Positions 1-8,911 of a stretch of 62,830 nt of DNA are shown in pieces (positions within the stretch are counted from its first letter, which is position 1; each line of letters opens with the position of its first letter). The translations under genes and the position numbers were made by a program. This DNA is from an uncultured Phaeodactylibacter sp. (lineage in GTDB: Bacteria > Bacteroidota > Bacteroidia > Chitinophagales > Saprospiraceae), in assembly GCA_964488965.1 (NCBI GenBank), contig CAZAXA010000001.1, positions 1 to 62,830 on the forward strand. The letters are read 5' to 3'. The notes under the pieces are model-generated. The model was not told the origin of the DNA and did no database searches. It saw only the letters and a list, made by a program, of their open reading frames with translations.

Positions 1-1
1 C

Positions 2-283
2 GCCAACTCCTGGGATATGCTTGGCACCAACCTTTCCATCAAGGAGGGCGACAATATCTGGAGTTCCGACACCAACCGCCTCATGCTGATGGACCGGCGG
101 GATTTCAACAAGCTCGGCCTGGGGCTGGACGACCTGGTGGACGCCTATATCCAAACGGTATTGTCGATGATCGCCATTGACAAAATGGCGTCTACCCTGT
201 TTACCACCAAGAACAAATTCCGGAGCCGCCTTTTCCGCTCGCTCGACGATGATAAGGCGCTGATCGAAGAACTCATGTATTGA
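2..283 (+). CDS. 3' end of a gene starting upstream of the window (hypothetical protein, C-terminal ~93 aa)
   Basis: The frame of the listed 17..283 ORF stays open back to position 2 and stops at TGA 281..283. No motif recognised. Confidence 0.4.
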   Translation, partial: ANSWDMLGTNLSIKEGDNIWSSDTNRLMLMDRRDFNKLGLGLDDLVDAYIQTVLSMIAIDKMASTLFTTKNKFRSRLFRSLDDDKALIEELMY

Positions 284-313
284 AAGGCTTAGTTCGGATA
301 AAACAGTAATTCT

Positions 314-1198
314 ATGCTCGACAAATTCTCCTTTAACCTCGAAGCGGTAGGCATCAGCCTGGGTATCGTGGCCGGCACCTTCCTGGCCGCTTTTATCTTC
401 AACCGGCTTTTCCGGCGGTTTATCCAGCGTTCCAGCGTGGTCATGAAAAACGACCCTACCAATTACGTGTTCCTGCGGCATGCCATCAGCGCAATTATCT
501 ATGTGGTGGGGTTCAGCTGGGCGGTTTATTCCCTTCCGTCTCTGCGTACCGTGGCCAGTTCCCTGCTCGCCGGCGCGGGCATACTGGCCGTGGCCGTCGG
601 TTTTGCCTCCCAGCACGCCCTGAGCAATATCATCAGCGGCATCTTCATCGTGATCTTCAAGCCCTTTGGCGTCAACGACCGCCTGCGTTTCCAGAGCGGC
701 CTGCAGGGCGTTGTGGAAGACATCACCCTGCGCCACGTCGTCATCCGGGATTTTGAGAACCGCCGCATCCTCATTCCCAATTCCGTGATCAGCGGAGAAG
801 TGATCATCAATGCCGATTTCGGAGACGACAAGATTTGTAAGTTTCTGGAGGCCGACATCAGCTATGATTCGGATATCGACCGGGCGCGGGCCATCATGCA
901 GGAAGAAGCGCTGCGGCACCCGCTGAAGATCGACGGGCGTACGCCGGAGCAGATACAGGCCGGCCGGCCCGAAATCCCCGTCCGGGTCATTGCTCTGGGG
1001 GAGTATTACGTTCGCCTCCGGGCCTACGTATGGGCAAAGAACAATGCAGACGCCTTCGAACTGGGCTGCGACCTGCTGGAAAGTATTAAAAAGCGGTTCG
1101 GCCGGGAAGGGATCGAGATACCTTTCCCATACCGCACCATAGTGCAGAAGGCGCCAAGGGCCGAACAAGCTTCCCTGCCGCCGGAGGCAGGCACATAG
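314..1198 (+). CDS. Small-conductance mechanosensitive channel, MscS family
   Basis: 294 aa with ATG at 314. N-terminal hydrophobic helices are followed by an MscS pore/beta-domain signature (ASQHALSNIISGIFIVIFKPFGVNDRL ... GVVEDITLRHVVIRDFENRRILIPNSVI). Confidence 0.85.
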   Translation: MLDKFSFNLEAVGISLGIVAGTFLAAFIFNRLFRRFIQRSSVVMKNDPTNYVFLRHAISAIIYVVGFSWAVYSLPSLRTVASSLLAGAGILAVAVGFASQHALSNIISGIFIVIFKPFGVNDRLRFQSGLQGVVEDITLRHVVIRDFENRRILIPNSVISGEVIINADFGDDKICKFLEADISYDSDIDRARAIMQEEALRHPLKIDGRTPEQIQAGRPEIPVRVIALGEYYVRLRAYVWAKNNADAFELGCDLLESIKKRFGREGIEIPFPYRTIVQKAPRAEQASLPPEAGT

Positions 1199-1537
1199 GG
1201 CGCCTTAAGAGCCTGTAAAAAAGTATTTGAAATTTGGCAATCTGACAGCTTTTCGTTTCTTTTGGAAGGCTTCCCGGATTGAAGGGAAAAAAAAAGCTGC
1301 ACCGGGGAGGCGCAGCTCAAACTTTGGACTAGTATGAAAAAACTCTGCAATAAAATTAACTGGATTTCAGGCAAAATGTTGCTTTGGCGATCCACAATTT
1401 TCTATTATCCGGCCAACGGTTGATTTTTCCGGTTAAACTGCTTTTTTTTTTCGCTGAACGGAATGACCCTCAGGCACGTGCCGGCGCCAAATTCAAACAG
1501 CATCTGACAAAAAAAAACTAAATAAGGCCAAATTTAT

Positions 1538-3205
1538 ATGACTGACATTGAAATCGCCCGCGCGGCCCAATTGCGCGACATCCGCGAAATCGCAGCTCAA
1601 CTCCGCATTGAGGAAAACCAACTACAGCTCTACGGAAAACACAAGGCAAAATTACCGCTGTCCCTCATCGACGAGCAGGCCATACAACGCAACAAGCTCA
1701 TCCTGGTTTCCGCTATTTCGCCCACTCCGGCCGGGGAAGGTAAAACGACGACCTCCATTGGCCTGGCGCAGGGGCTCAACCGGATCGGCAAAAAGGCCGC
1801 CGCCGTACTCCGGGAGCCGTCGCTCGGCCCTGTGTTCGGCATCAAAGGCGGCGCTACCGGCGGCGGCTATTCCCAGGTGCTTCCCATGGAAGACATCAAC
1901 CTGCACTTTACCGGCGATTTTGCCGCCATCGAGAAAGCCCACAACCTGCTGGCCGCCCTCATCGACAACAACCTGCAAAATAAAAAATTCAGCCTGGGCA
2001 TCGACCCCAGGACCGTAACCTGGAAACGGGTGATGGATATGAACGACCGGGCCCTGCGCAAGATCGTTATCGGGCTTGGCGGCACAGCATCCGGGGTGCC
2101 CCGTGAAACCGGCTTTGACATCACTGCGGCCTCTGAGATCATGGCCATTCTCTGCCTTTGCGAGGGGTTGGCAGACCTCAAGCGGCGCCTCGGCAACATA
2201 TTTGTCGGTTTTACCTTCGATCGGCGCCCTGTTTATGCCCGTGACCTCCGGGCCCACGGCGCCATGGCCGCTCTGCTCAAAGACGCCATAAAACCCAACC
2301 TGGTGCAAACGCTGGAAGGTACGCCCGCCATCCTCCACGGCGGCCCCTTTGCCAATATAGCCCAGGGCACCAACTCCGTGCTGGCCACCCGCATGGGCCT
2401 GAGCCTTTCCGACTTCGTGATCACCGAAGCCGGCTTCGGCTTTGACCTGGGAGCCGAAAAGTTCTTCGACATCAAATGCCAGAGCGCCGGCCTGTCGCCC
2501 CGCGCCGTCGTACTGGTCGCTACAGTGCGGGCCCTGAAATACCACGGAGGCGCCGCCCTGGCCGACCTCAAAAAGCCGAACCTCAAAGCGGTGGCCAAAG
2601 GTATGGCCAACCTGGAGAAACACCTTGAGAACATCCGCTTGTTCGGCCTGCCCGCCATCGTGGCCATGAACCGCTTTGAATCCGATGCCGGAGAGGAACT
2701 GCAACTGATCGAAAAACGCTGCCAGGAACTCGGCGCGCCGGCAGCCCTTGCCGACGTCTGGGCTAAAGGAGGCGCCGGCGCCGAAAGCCTGGCCCGAACG
2801 GTGGCAGAAGTTGCCGAACAAAGCCAGGCGCCCTTCAAGCCGTTATACGACTGGGAATGGAGCGTGGAAGAGAAGATCAAAACCGTGGCCACGAAAATAT
2901 ATGGCGCAAAAGCTATTGATTATACATCCAAAGCGCGCGCCGACCTGAAAAAGATTGCGGAACTGGGGCTGGAAAAACTGCCGGTTTGCATTGCCAAGAC
3001 CCAGAAATCGCTTTCCGACAACCCCAAGCTGCTGGGGCGGCCCAAGGATTTTGTCGTGACCGTCCGCGAAATCGAGATCGCTGCCGGCGCCGGTTTCCTC
3101 ATCCCCATCACCGGCGATATCATGCGCATGCCCGGGTTGCCGGCCCAGCCGGCCGCTGAAAATATCGATATCGACGACGAAGGGAATATCACCGGCTTGT
3201 TTTAG
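1538..3205 (+). CDS. fhs: Formate--tetrahydrofolate ligase
   Basis: 555 aa, typical length. It has the N-terminus MTDIEIARAA..., the nucleotide loop SPTPAGEGKTTTSIGL, and the conserved C-terminal GDIMRMPGLP. Confidence 0.95.
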   Translation: MTDIEIARAAQLRDIREIAAQLRIEENQLQLYGKHKAKLPLSLIDEQAIQRNKLILVSAISPTPAGEGKTTTSIGLAQGLNRIGKKAAAVLREPSLGPVFGIKGGATGGGYSQVLPMEDINLHFTGDFAAIEKAHNLLAALIDNNLQNKKFSLGIDPRTVTWKRVMDMNDRALRKIVIGLGGTASGVPRETGFDITAASEIMAILCLCEGLADLKRRLGNIFVGFTFDRRPVYARDLRAHGAMAALLKDAIKPNLVQTLEGTPAILHGGPFANIAQGTNSVLATRMGLSLSDFVITEAGFGFDLGAEKFFDIKCQSAGLSPRAVVLVATVRALKYHGGAALADLKKPNLKAVAKGMANLEKHLENIRLFGLPAIVAMNRFESDAGEELQLIEKRCQELGAPAALADVWAKGGAGAESLARTVAEVAEQSQAPFKPLYDWEWSVEEKIKTVATKIYGAKAIDYTSKARADLKKIAELGLEKLPVCIAKTQKSLSDNPKLLGRPKDFVVTVREIEIAAGAGFLIPITGDIMRMPGLPAQPAAENIDIDDEGNITGLF

Positions 3206-3239
3206 CTCGTTTGGAGAACGGGCCACCCAATCGGCCTAA

Positions 3240-3488
3240 TCAATCAACCAAATGATCCTCCAGCGGCTTCCCCTTCTGAATGCGGAACAGCTCATCGCGG
3301 CACTTTTCGCAATGCCCAAGGTGGGTGATCAGGTTCCGGTATTCCGGGCTTTGCTTTTGCATGCGCCCGTACCAGAAATTGCGCAGGGCCTGCTCGCCCG
3401 GGCACTGGTAGGTGTGCCATATCTGCCTGCCTATGCGCAATAAAACGTAAGCCAGAAGGGCGGCAAGGCCCGCGAAAAGGTACGTCAT
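3240..3488 (-). CDS. Small membrane protein with an H-x3-C-x2-C motif (hypothetical)
   Basis: 82 aa with an ATG start. It has one N-terminal TM helix (YLFAGLAALLAYVLLRI) and a C-terminal HLGHCEKC cysteine/histidine motif. Confidence 0.45.
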   Translation of the reverse strand: MTYLFAGLAALLAYVLLRIGRQIWHTYQCPGEQALRNFWYGRMQKQSPEYRNLITHLGHCEKCRDELFRIQKGKPLEDHLVD

Positions 3489-3735
3489 CGCTCAATGATT
3501 TAGAACCCGGGAAAACACCTTGCCGCGGCCAATGGTTCAACGATAAGGCGCATAAAATAACCCTTAGTGAACTTTGTGTTCATTTTACACGTTTTATAAT
3601 TAGTTCGCATAGAAAAAGATTTATTCTTTTTTTAGCGCCCTATCTGCCTTTTACCAATTTAAACCACTAATTATCAGCCACTTTAAGCAACCTGTCAACA
3701 GGGAAGGCGATTCGTTAACCAAATTTTGTTCAAAT

Positions 3736-3951
3736 ATGAGATTGCGTAAAAAATATCCTTTGGGAAAGGGAAAGTATTACTTCATGATCAAATCAGTACC
3801 CAACAACATTACGATCTTCCGGAAAACCAAAGAAGCAGCCATGTCTGCTTTCTGCAAGTACAAAAACGCAGGCAAAGAAATTGAATGGCTGGGCAAATGG
3901 GACGGCAAGGAGTTCAAGGAAGCATCCCTCCCGGCAGGCGCCGGCGCCTGA
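3736..3951 (+). CDS. Hypothetical small protein
   Basis: 71-aa ATG-initiated ORF in an AT-richer segment, with no competing ORF. No motif recognised. Confidence 0.35.
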   Translation: MRLRKKYPLGKGKYYFMIKSVPNNITIFRKTKEAAMSAFCKYKNAGKEIEWLGKWDGKEFKEASLPAGAGA

Positions 3952-4039
3952 AAAGCTGCCGCATACAGGGGTCCCCGAATAAAATGGCAGCCCTCAGATT
4001 TGAATTACTCCTAATCGTTTACTTTTAAAATTTTTAAAA

Positions 4040-4405
4040 ATGTCGGAAAAAGATCACAAATTATATGAAAAGGCAATAGAGTGGGTCAGGCGCAAAGGTT
4101 ACTCCAGGGTCAAAGCCAATATCGAAGAATTTGACAGGCCCAGTTCCTTTATGCAGCCTGGAGAAGGCGAGGGGCCGGGCATTACGCCGGACATCACCGC
4201 CGTCATGCGCGGCAACAAATGCTACTTTGAGATCGCCGTTAAATCCGATGACAAGCAGCAGGTAGTCACCAGGTGGAAACTCCTGGACCGGATGGCCGCC
4301 CTTAAAGAGGGGAAATTCTATGTCTTTACCCCTCATGGGCACCGGGCCTTTGCCAACCGGCTGGTCAAGCAACATGATATCAACGCCGTATTGGTGAGCC
4401 TGTAA
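4040..4405 (+). CDS. Hypothetical protein, possibly a restriction-endonuclease-like (PD-(D/E)xK-like) fold
   Basis: 121-aa ATG-initiated ORF. The segment ITPDITAV...CYFEIAVKS loosely resembles a PD...E.K nuclease core. The spacing is atypical, so this is only a suggestion. Confidence 0.4.
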   Translation: MSEKDHKLYEKAIEWVRRKGYSRVKANIEEFDRPSSFMQPGEGEGPGITPDITAVMRGNKCYFEIAVKSDDKQQVVTRWKLLDRMAALKEGKFYVFTPHGHRAFANRLVKQHDINAVLVSL

Positions 4406-4487
4406 ATAAAAAAGAAGAGAGGGGCAGGCTTGGTTTTTGAAGCAAACCCGCCCCTTCCTATTCATTCCATTTTAATTTGAAAATATT

Positions 4488-4652
4488 ATGCCAGACAGAA
4501 GGATAAGGGTTAAAGTACTCAAAGAAACCTCCAAAACCGTAACCATCCAACTGATACCGCTGAACCGGAAGATGCCCGTTCCGCGCAAAGATTTTGAAAA
4601 GCGCGTGGAAACCGGCCTTTATGAGATTGTCGGCGGCTACGAAATGGCATAA
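4488..4652 (+). CDS. Possible small protein (54 aa), below the ORF-track cutoff
   Basis: ATG 4488 to TAA 4650..4652 translates as MPDRRIRVKVLKETSKTVTIQLIPLNRKMPVPRKDFEKRVETGLYEIVGGYEMA. It is the third same-strand small ORF in this segment. Confidence 0.3.
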   Translation: MPDRRIRVKVLKETSKTVTIQLIPLNRKMPVPRKDFEKRVETGLYEIVGGYEMA

Positions 4653-4662
4653 AGCAAGTAAC

Positions 4663-6066
4663 TTACTGCCGTACCATCTTCACCACGCCGGCCAGCTTGC
4701 CTTTGCTGTAAAAGCGGAACAGGTACAGGCCGGCTTCAAGGCCTTCCAGGCTGATGCGGGAGTTGCTCACAGGCGCCCGCCTCAACAGTTTGCCCTCCAA
4801 AGTCAGGATTTCATATTCTGCATCGGCCAGTGGAGCGGTAGCGATGAGGTGGATATTGCTGTCCGCGGGGTTGGGAAATACCCGAAAGAAGGCATCTGCC
4901 TCATCAGGGCCCTCCGGCCCCGAGAGATCGGAGCGGTAAAGCCACTCGTAAGCATCGGGGAATTCCCTGGCCCAGTACCATTCGCTGTGTTCCCCGTCGC
5001 TGTGGCTGAGGGCTACCACTTCTTCATTGGTAAAGCCGGCGTTGAGGAGCGTGTTGTACATGGCGTTCATATCTGCCACCTGCTCCCCGCTATTGCCCTC
5101 TCTTTCGCCGGCGATCATATAGATTCGCATATCGGCCTGCTTTCCCGTGTTTGCCACGTGAGCATACGACTGGCTGGAGAACCAGAAGGATGCAGAAAAG
5201 ACGCCCGCCTTGCTGAAGACCTCCTGGTGTTCTATCGCGGCATACATGGAAATAAGGCCGCCCATGGATGAGCCCATGATGCCCGTGTGTTCCCGCCCTG
5301 GTTTGGTCCGGTAGTTTCCGTCAATATAAGGCTTAAGGGTTTCAATGATGAAATCGACATAGGCGCCGCCCTGGCCGCCGCCATAAGTTGGATGTTCCCA
5401 GGGAGAGTACTCATCGGTGCGGCTGGCGCCGCCGTTGTCGATAGCCACTACGATCACTCCCTCATCGCCATCCTCAAAAAGCTGGTTCAGGGATTCATCC
5501 ACCTGCCATTCTCCGGCAAAGGCGGTAGCGGCGTCAAAAACGTTCTGCCCGTCCTGCATATACAGTACCGGATAGCTTTTCCCCGAAGTTTCATAATCAG
5601 GCGGCAGGTAGAGCCAGACCCGGCGGCTGCGGTTGAGCTGAGGCATGTAAAAATCCTGGGACAGTACCGATACGTTGGGGGCTGCAGTGGAATTGCCGCC
5701 CTGCCCCTCCCAACTGAGGATTTGTACCTCCAGGGTTTCCTGCCCGCCGGAATAATTGTAGGTACGGTTGGGCAGAAAACCGCCGCCGGCATTGCCTTCG
5801 ACAGTCTGCCAGCTTCCGCGGGTGAACTTGAACTGAAGGGCGCCGGGAGCAGGGGAAAAGGTGATCTCATACACTTCGCCACCCTGGTTCTCCAGGATGT
5901 AGGCTGCGTTGCCGGGATCCCATCCGTTGAAATTGCCGGCGACGTAGATGTCATCGCCGGGAGGCGTGTTATTGGGTATATCGGTAACGCGAAGCGTCAG
6001 TTGCCCCCAGGCGGTGGAACCCAGCAGAAGGAGCAGGAAGAGAGAAAAAAAATGTCTATTCTTCAT
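4663..6066 (-). CDS. Secreted esterase (alpha/beta hydrolase, 'putative esterase' family) with an N-terminal carbohydrate-binding-like module and a T9SS C-terminal sorting domain
   Basis: I moved the start to ATG 6066 (MKNRHFFSLFLLLLLGSTAWGQ signal peptide). The evidence is a beta-sandwich CBM-like segment (YVAGNFNGWDP...FKFTRGSWQTVE), an esterase core with YPVLYMQDGQNVFD and nucleophile elbow GSSMGG, and a C-terminal FPNPADSNIHL...LYLFRF T9SS-type CTD. Confidence 0.8.
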   Translation of the reverse strand: MKNRHFFSLFLLLLLGSTAWGQLTLRVTDIPNNTPPGDDIYVAGNFNGWDPGNAAYILENQGGEVYEITFSPAPGALQFKFTRGSWQTVEGNAGGGFLPNRTYNYSGGQETLEVQILSWEGQGGNSTAAPNVSVLSQDFYMPQLNRSRRVWLYLPPDYETSGKSYPVLYMQDGQNVFDAATAFAGEWQVDESLNQLFEDGDEGVIVVAIDNGGASRTDEYSPWEHPTYGGGQGGAYVDFIIETLKPYIDGNYRTKPGREHTGIMGSSMGGLISMYAAIEHQEVFSKAGVFSASFWFSSQSYAHVANTGKQADMRIYMIAGEREGNSGEQVADMNAMYNTLLNAGFTNEEVVALSHSDGEHSEWYWAREFPDAYEWLYRSDLSGPEGPDEADAFFRVFPNPADSNIHLIATAPLADAEYEILTLEGKLLRRAPVSNSRISLEGLEAGLYLFRFYSKGKLAGVVKMVRQ

Positions 6067-6299
6067 TAAGGCCAGTTTTTGCGCAAATATACATGCCTGA
6101 GCGGAATAATGCGGCAGCCTGCCCAACCCTTTGAAGGTTTCAACGCGTCTTAACAGTTGCAGCGGGTTTGTGCCGCTGCGGAGATGCGAAATATACCGGA
6201 GTTCTGCCGGGAAGAAGGCAGAATTCGGGCAAAGGTTTAACTGATGAGATGGCCGGATTTATTTATCTTGTCTTCAAAAGCAGTAAAACCGATACGAGC

Positions 6300-7082
6300 A
6301 TGAATACGATCAAAATGGCTATCAGCTCGGTGGGGTTATTTCTGGCGCTGAACCTGGCGGGGCAGCAGGCCAGTGATATCATACACCTCAGGAATGGAAG
6401 CCGGTTCGAAGGGCAGATACTGGAAAAACGGGAAAACGGAACCCTGCGCTTTCAGCTCAATGCAGGGGGAGAGCTGGAATTCAGGGAGGAGGAGATAAGC
6501 CGGATCGAACAAAAAGAGGTATCGCCCAAAGGGGCGGAAAAGGCTGAAGGATCAGCCGGACCGGAACTGCTGCGGGAGAAAACTTACGCGTTCAAAGAAC
6601 GCGGTGTTTTCAATGTCACTTGTTTTTCCACGCTGAGCGGGGCGGCGGACAGCAAGTTCCAGCTCGGCCTGGGCATCCACAATGTCACCGGCTATCAGTT
6701 TCACCGTTTGCTGGGGATCGGGCTGGGCTTGGGAGTGGACACCTACTCCTTTGATAATGGAGAAACGCTGCACCCGGTATTTGCCGAAGCCCGGGGGTAC
6801 CTGTCGCGAAAGAGGGTATCGCCTTACTATTCCGGAAGCGCCGGTTACGGGTTTGCTTTTAAGAGCAGCGATGAACTGATCAACAAGGCCGAGGGGGGAA
6901 TGTTTTTCAGGGGCGCCCTGGGCTTGCGGCTGGGGGCGGATAAAGACACCAATGTATTGGCAGATATAGGATATCAGTATCAGGAGGCATTTTTCGAGCG
7001 CCGTACGCCTTTCCTGAATGAAATAGAGGAAAAGTGGCTCAGGTTCCATCGTATCGTCGTCCGGGTAGGCTTAATTTTTTGA
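6300..7082 (+). CDS. Predicted outer-membrane beta-barrel-like protein (hypothetical)
   Basis: I trimmed the start to ATG 6300 (signal peptide MNTIKMAISSVGLFLALNLAGQQ). The C-terminal half has alternating Gly/aromatic beta-strand patterning and ends in ...VRVGLIF. It lies 3 nt upstream of the ECF sigma gene. Confidence 0.55.
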   Translation: MNTIKMAISSVGLFLALNLAGQQASDIIHLRNGSRFEGQILEKRENGTLRFQLNAGGELEFREEEISRIEQKEVSPKGAEKAEGSAGPELLREKTYAFKERGVFNVTCFSTLSGAADSKFQLGLGIHNVTGYQFHRLLGIGLGLGVDTYSFDNGETLHPVFAEARGYLSRKRVSPYYSGSAGYGFAFKSSDELINKAEGGMFFRGALGLRLGADKDTNVLADIGYQYQEAFFERRTPFLNEIEEKWLRFHRIVVRVGLIF

Positions 7083-7085
7083 TCC

Positions 7086-7640
7086 ATGAGGCTCAGGCCA
7101 GAACAATATTCCGATGAAGAACTGGTGAAGGGCTGCCTGAAGAACGACCGCTTTTCCCAGGAAATGCTGTACCGCAAATATTTCGCAGGAATGATGCGGA
7201 TGTGCCTGCGCTATACGCAAGACCGGGAAGTGGCCATGGATATTCTCAATACGGGCTTCCTAAGGGTTTTTAAAAAACTGCACACATTCGCCTTCAGCGG
7301 CTCGCTGGAAGGGTGGATACGCCGGCTGGTCTTTCACAGCCTGTCGGATTACTTTAAAAAACATTCAAAGCAGGTGCACTTCCTGGACCTCGAGGAACGC
7401 GACGCCCCGATCCGGGCGGGCGCGCTGAGCCGGCTGCACTTTGAAGACATACTCAAACTGGCAGATATGCTGCCCGACGCCACCCGGGAAGTATTTTATC
7501 TCTATGCCATCGAAGGCTATACCCACGTGGAAATTGCCGGGAAGATCAATATCAGCGTCGGAACCTCCAAGTGGCATCTGTCCAACGCAAGAAAGAAACT
7601 GAAACAGTTAATCCGTACATACTACAACCATGCAGGATAA
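7086..7640 (+). CDS. RNA polymerase ECF-type sigma-70 factor
   Basis: 184 aa. It has region 2 (MLYRKYFAGMMRMCLRYTQDREVAMDILNTGFLRVF) and a region 4 HTH (VFYLYAIEGYTHVEIAGKINISVGTSKWHLSNARKKL). Confidence 0.9.
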   Translation: MRLRPEQYSDEELVKGCLKNDRFSQEMLYRKYFAGMMRMCLRYTQDREVAMDILNTGFLRVFKKLHTFAFSGSLEGWIRRLVFHSLSDYFKKHSKQVHFLDLEERDAPIRAGALSRLHFEDILKLADMLPDATREVFYLYAIEGYTHVEIAGKINISVGTSKWHLSNARKKLKQLIRTYYNHAG

Positions 7641-8898
7641 TTACCAGCACGAATTCGACGAGCAGTTCATCGGCCAGGCCTGGCAGGAGATGCGCCGGCT
7701 GCTTGACAAGGAGATGCCGGTGCGGCACAAGCGGCGCCCCGCCTGGTGGCTGTGGCTGTCCGGAGGCTTTCTCCTGCTCGCCCTCCTGGCAGGCAGCGCT
7801 TATTTCCTGTTTCGGCCTGCCCCCATGGCTCCGGCCGTTGCTCCCCGTCCCATTGCCGGCCAGGAACGTGGTGTGGACAAAAGCCGGGATAAAAAAACTC
7901 CGGAAAGCGGGCTTTCAACAGAAAGTGAAACTTTTTCCAGCCGGGATGAAAGCCTTCCGCCCCGGGCCAGAAATGGAGGAAACGAGTTGCAGGGCATGCC
8001 AGCCCGACGCGCTCAGGCGCTTCTTTATGCCGCCCCTGTATTGCAGAAAAGCGATAATATCCTGACCGGCGCCCGGGAAGAGCAGAAAACACAAGAAGGG
8101 CGCCTCGCTGATGAAACTCCAGGTTCAAAGGCGCTACCAGATCAGCGCCTGCCCGCTCCGGCCTTCCTGAAAAACCAGAGCGCCCCTCTCCTGCCCTATG
8201 CCGGCGGAGAAAATTTCTCTGTCAGCAGCACCTCCCTGGGCAAAAGGCCAGCTACCCTCCGCCTGGCCCTGGAAGGAAGCGCCTTTTTCCCGGCCCTCTC
8301 CTTTCCGGATGGATATGGAGGCGGCCTGGCCCTGGAAGCCCGTCCTCATGGCAGCCGCATCTACTGGCGTTCCGGCGCCTTTTTCCGCACTTTCAACCAA
8401 ACCCTGAAAACGGAAGAGAACAGGCTGCGCCTGGAGAATTCTGCTATCAAAATCCCTCAAGCGGATGGCAGCCTGGCCAACAGCGCCAGTACGCTGCTGG
8501 CCCATACCGCCATTAGCCGCACCCAATATATTCAGTTACCTTTCACAGCCGGTTTCCAGTGGAAGCCACGCCTCGCAGTGGAGGCTGGCCTGCAGTTCGG
8601 CATTTTAACTTCAGCTGTGGGGCAAAGCTCCTGGAGCCTGAAAAATGAGGAGAACCTCAGCCCCGGAGGCCCTCTGCCCGGAGATAATACCCTTTACCGG
8701 TTCGATAAAGGCCCGGCCATCCAGAGCCTGAACCACACTGCCCTCGATCTCGTCGCCGGGCTGGCATACCGCCCTTCGGTGCATACCAGCATCAGGTTAT
8801 ACTACCAGTATGGGCTTTCCAATATCCTCACCGGCCCCGGGCAGAAAGCGTACATGCGCGGCCTGCAGTTGTCGGTGGCCTATTATCCGGCGCTGTAA
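7630..8898 (+). CDS. Sigma-associated membrane protein: cytoplasmic N-terminus, one TM helix, Pro/Ala-rich linker, C-terminal porin-like beta-barrel domain
   Basis: It overlaps the sigma gene stop by 11 nt. The TM helix is WWLWLSGGFLLLALLAGSAYFLF. The C-terminal ~210 aa have a beta-strand-rich pattern typical of small OM beta-barrels. It is a paralog of 38725..40005. Confidence 0.7.
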   Translation: MQDNYQHEFDEQFIGQAWQEMRRLLDKEMPVRHKRRPAWWLWLSGGFLLLALLAGSAYFLFRPAPMAPAVAPRPIAGQERGVDKSRDKKTPESGLSTESETFSSRDESLPPRARNGGNELQGMPARRAQALLYAAPVLQKSDNILTGAREEQKTQEGRLADETPGSKALPDQRLPAPAFLKNQSAPLLPYAGGENFSVSSTSLGKRPATLRLALEGSAFFPALSFPDGYGGGLALEARPHGSRIYWRSGAFFRTFNQTLKTEENRLRLENSAIKIPQADGSLANSASTLLAHTAISRTQYIQLPFTAGFQWKPRLAVEAGLQFGILTSAVGQSSWSLKNEENLSPGGPLPGDNTLYRFDKGPAIQSLNHTALDLVAGLAYRPSVHTSIRLYYQYGLSNILTGPGQKAYMRGLQLSVAYYPAL

Positions 8899-8911
8899 CG
8901 TAAATCTCCGT

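Noticed and set aside
1296-1316. Hairpin AGCTGC-accggggaggc-GCAGCT preceded by an A-run (would be a terminator on the - strand)
   Set aside because: No - strand gene lies upstream of it (fhs is on the + strand). The stem is short and the loop long. It is not supportable as a terminator.
1652-2821. 389-aa - strand ORF inside fhs, and similar long antisense/alternate-frame ORFs (e.g. 11164..12225, 12950..13903, 15114..15971, 17943..19367, 20054..21082, 28320..29756, 32040..33035, 36607..38088, 38953..40059, 40103..40828, 41792..42964, 43436..44353, 45404..46528, 48259..49389, 55005..56285, 56616..58193)
   Set aside because: Each overlaps a gene with strong family signatures on the other strand or frame. 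Each has skewed low-complexity composition, and none shows a motif I recognise.
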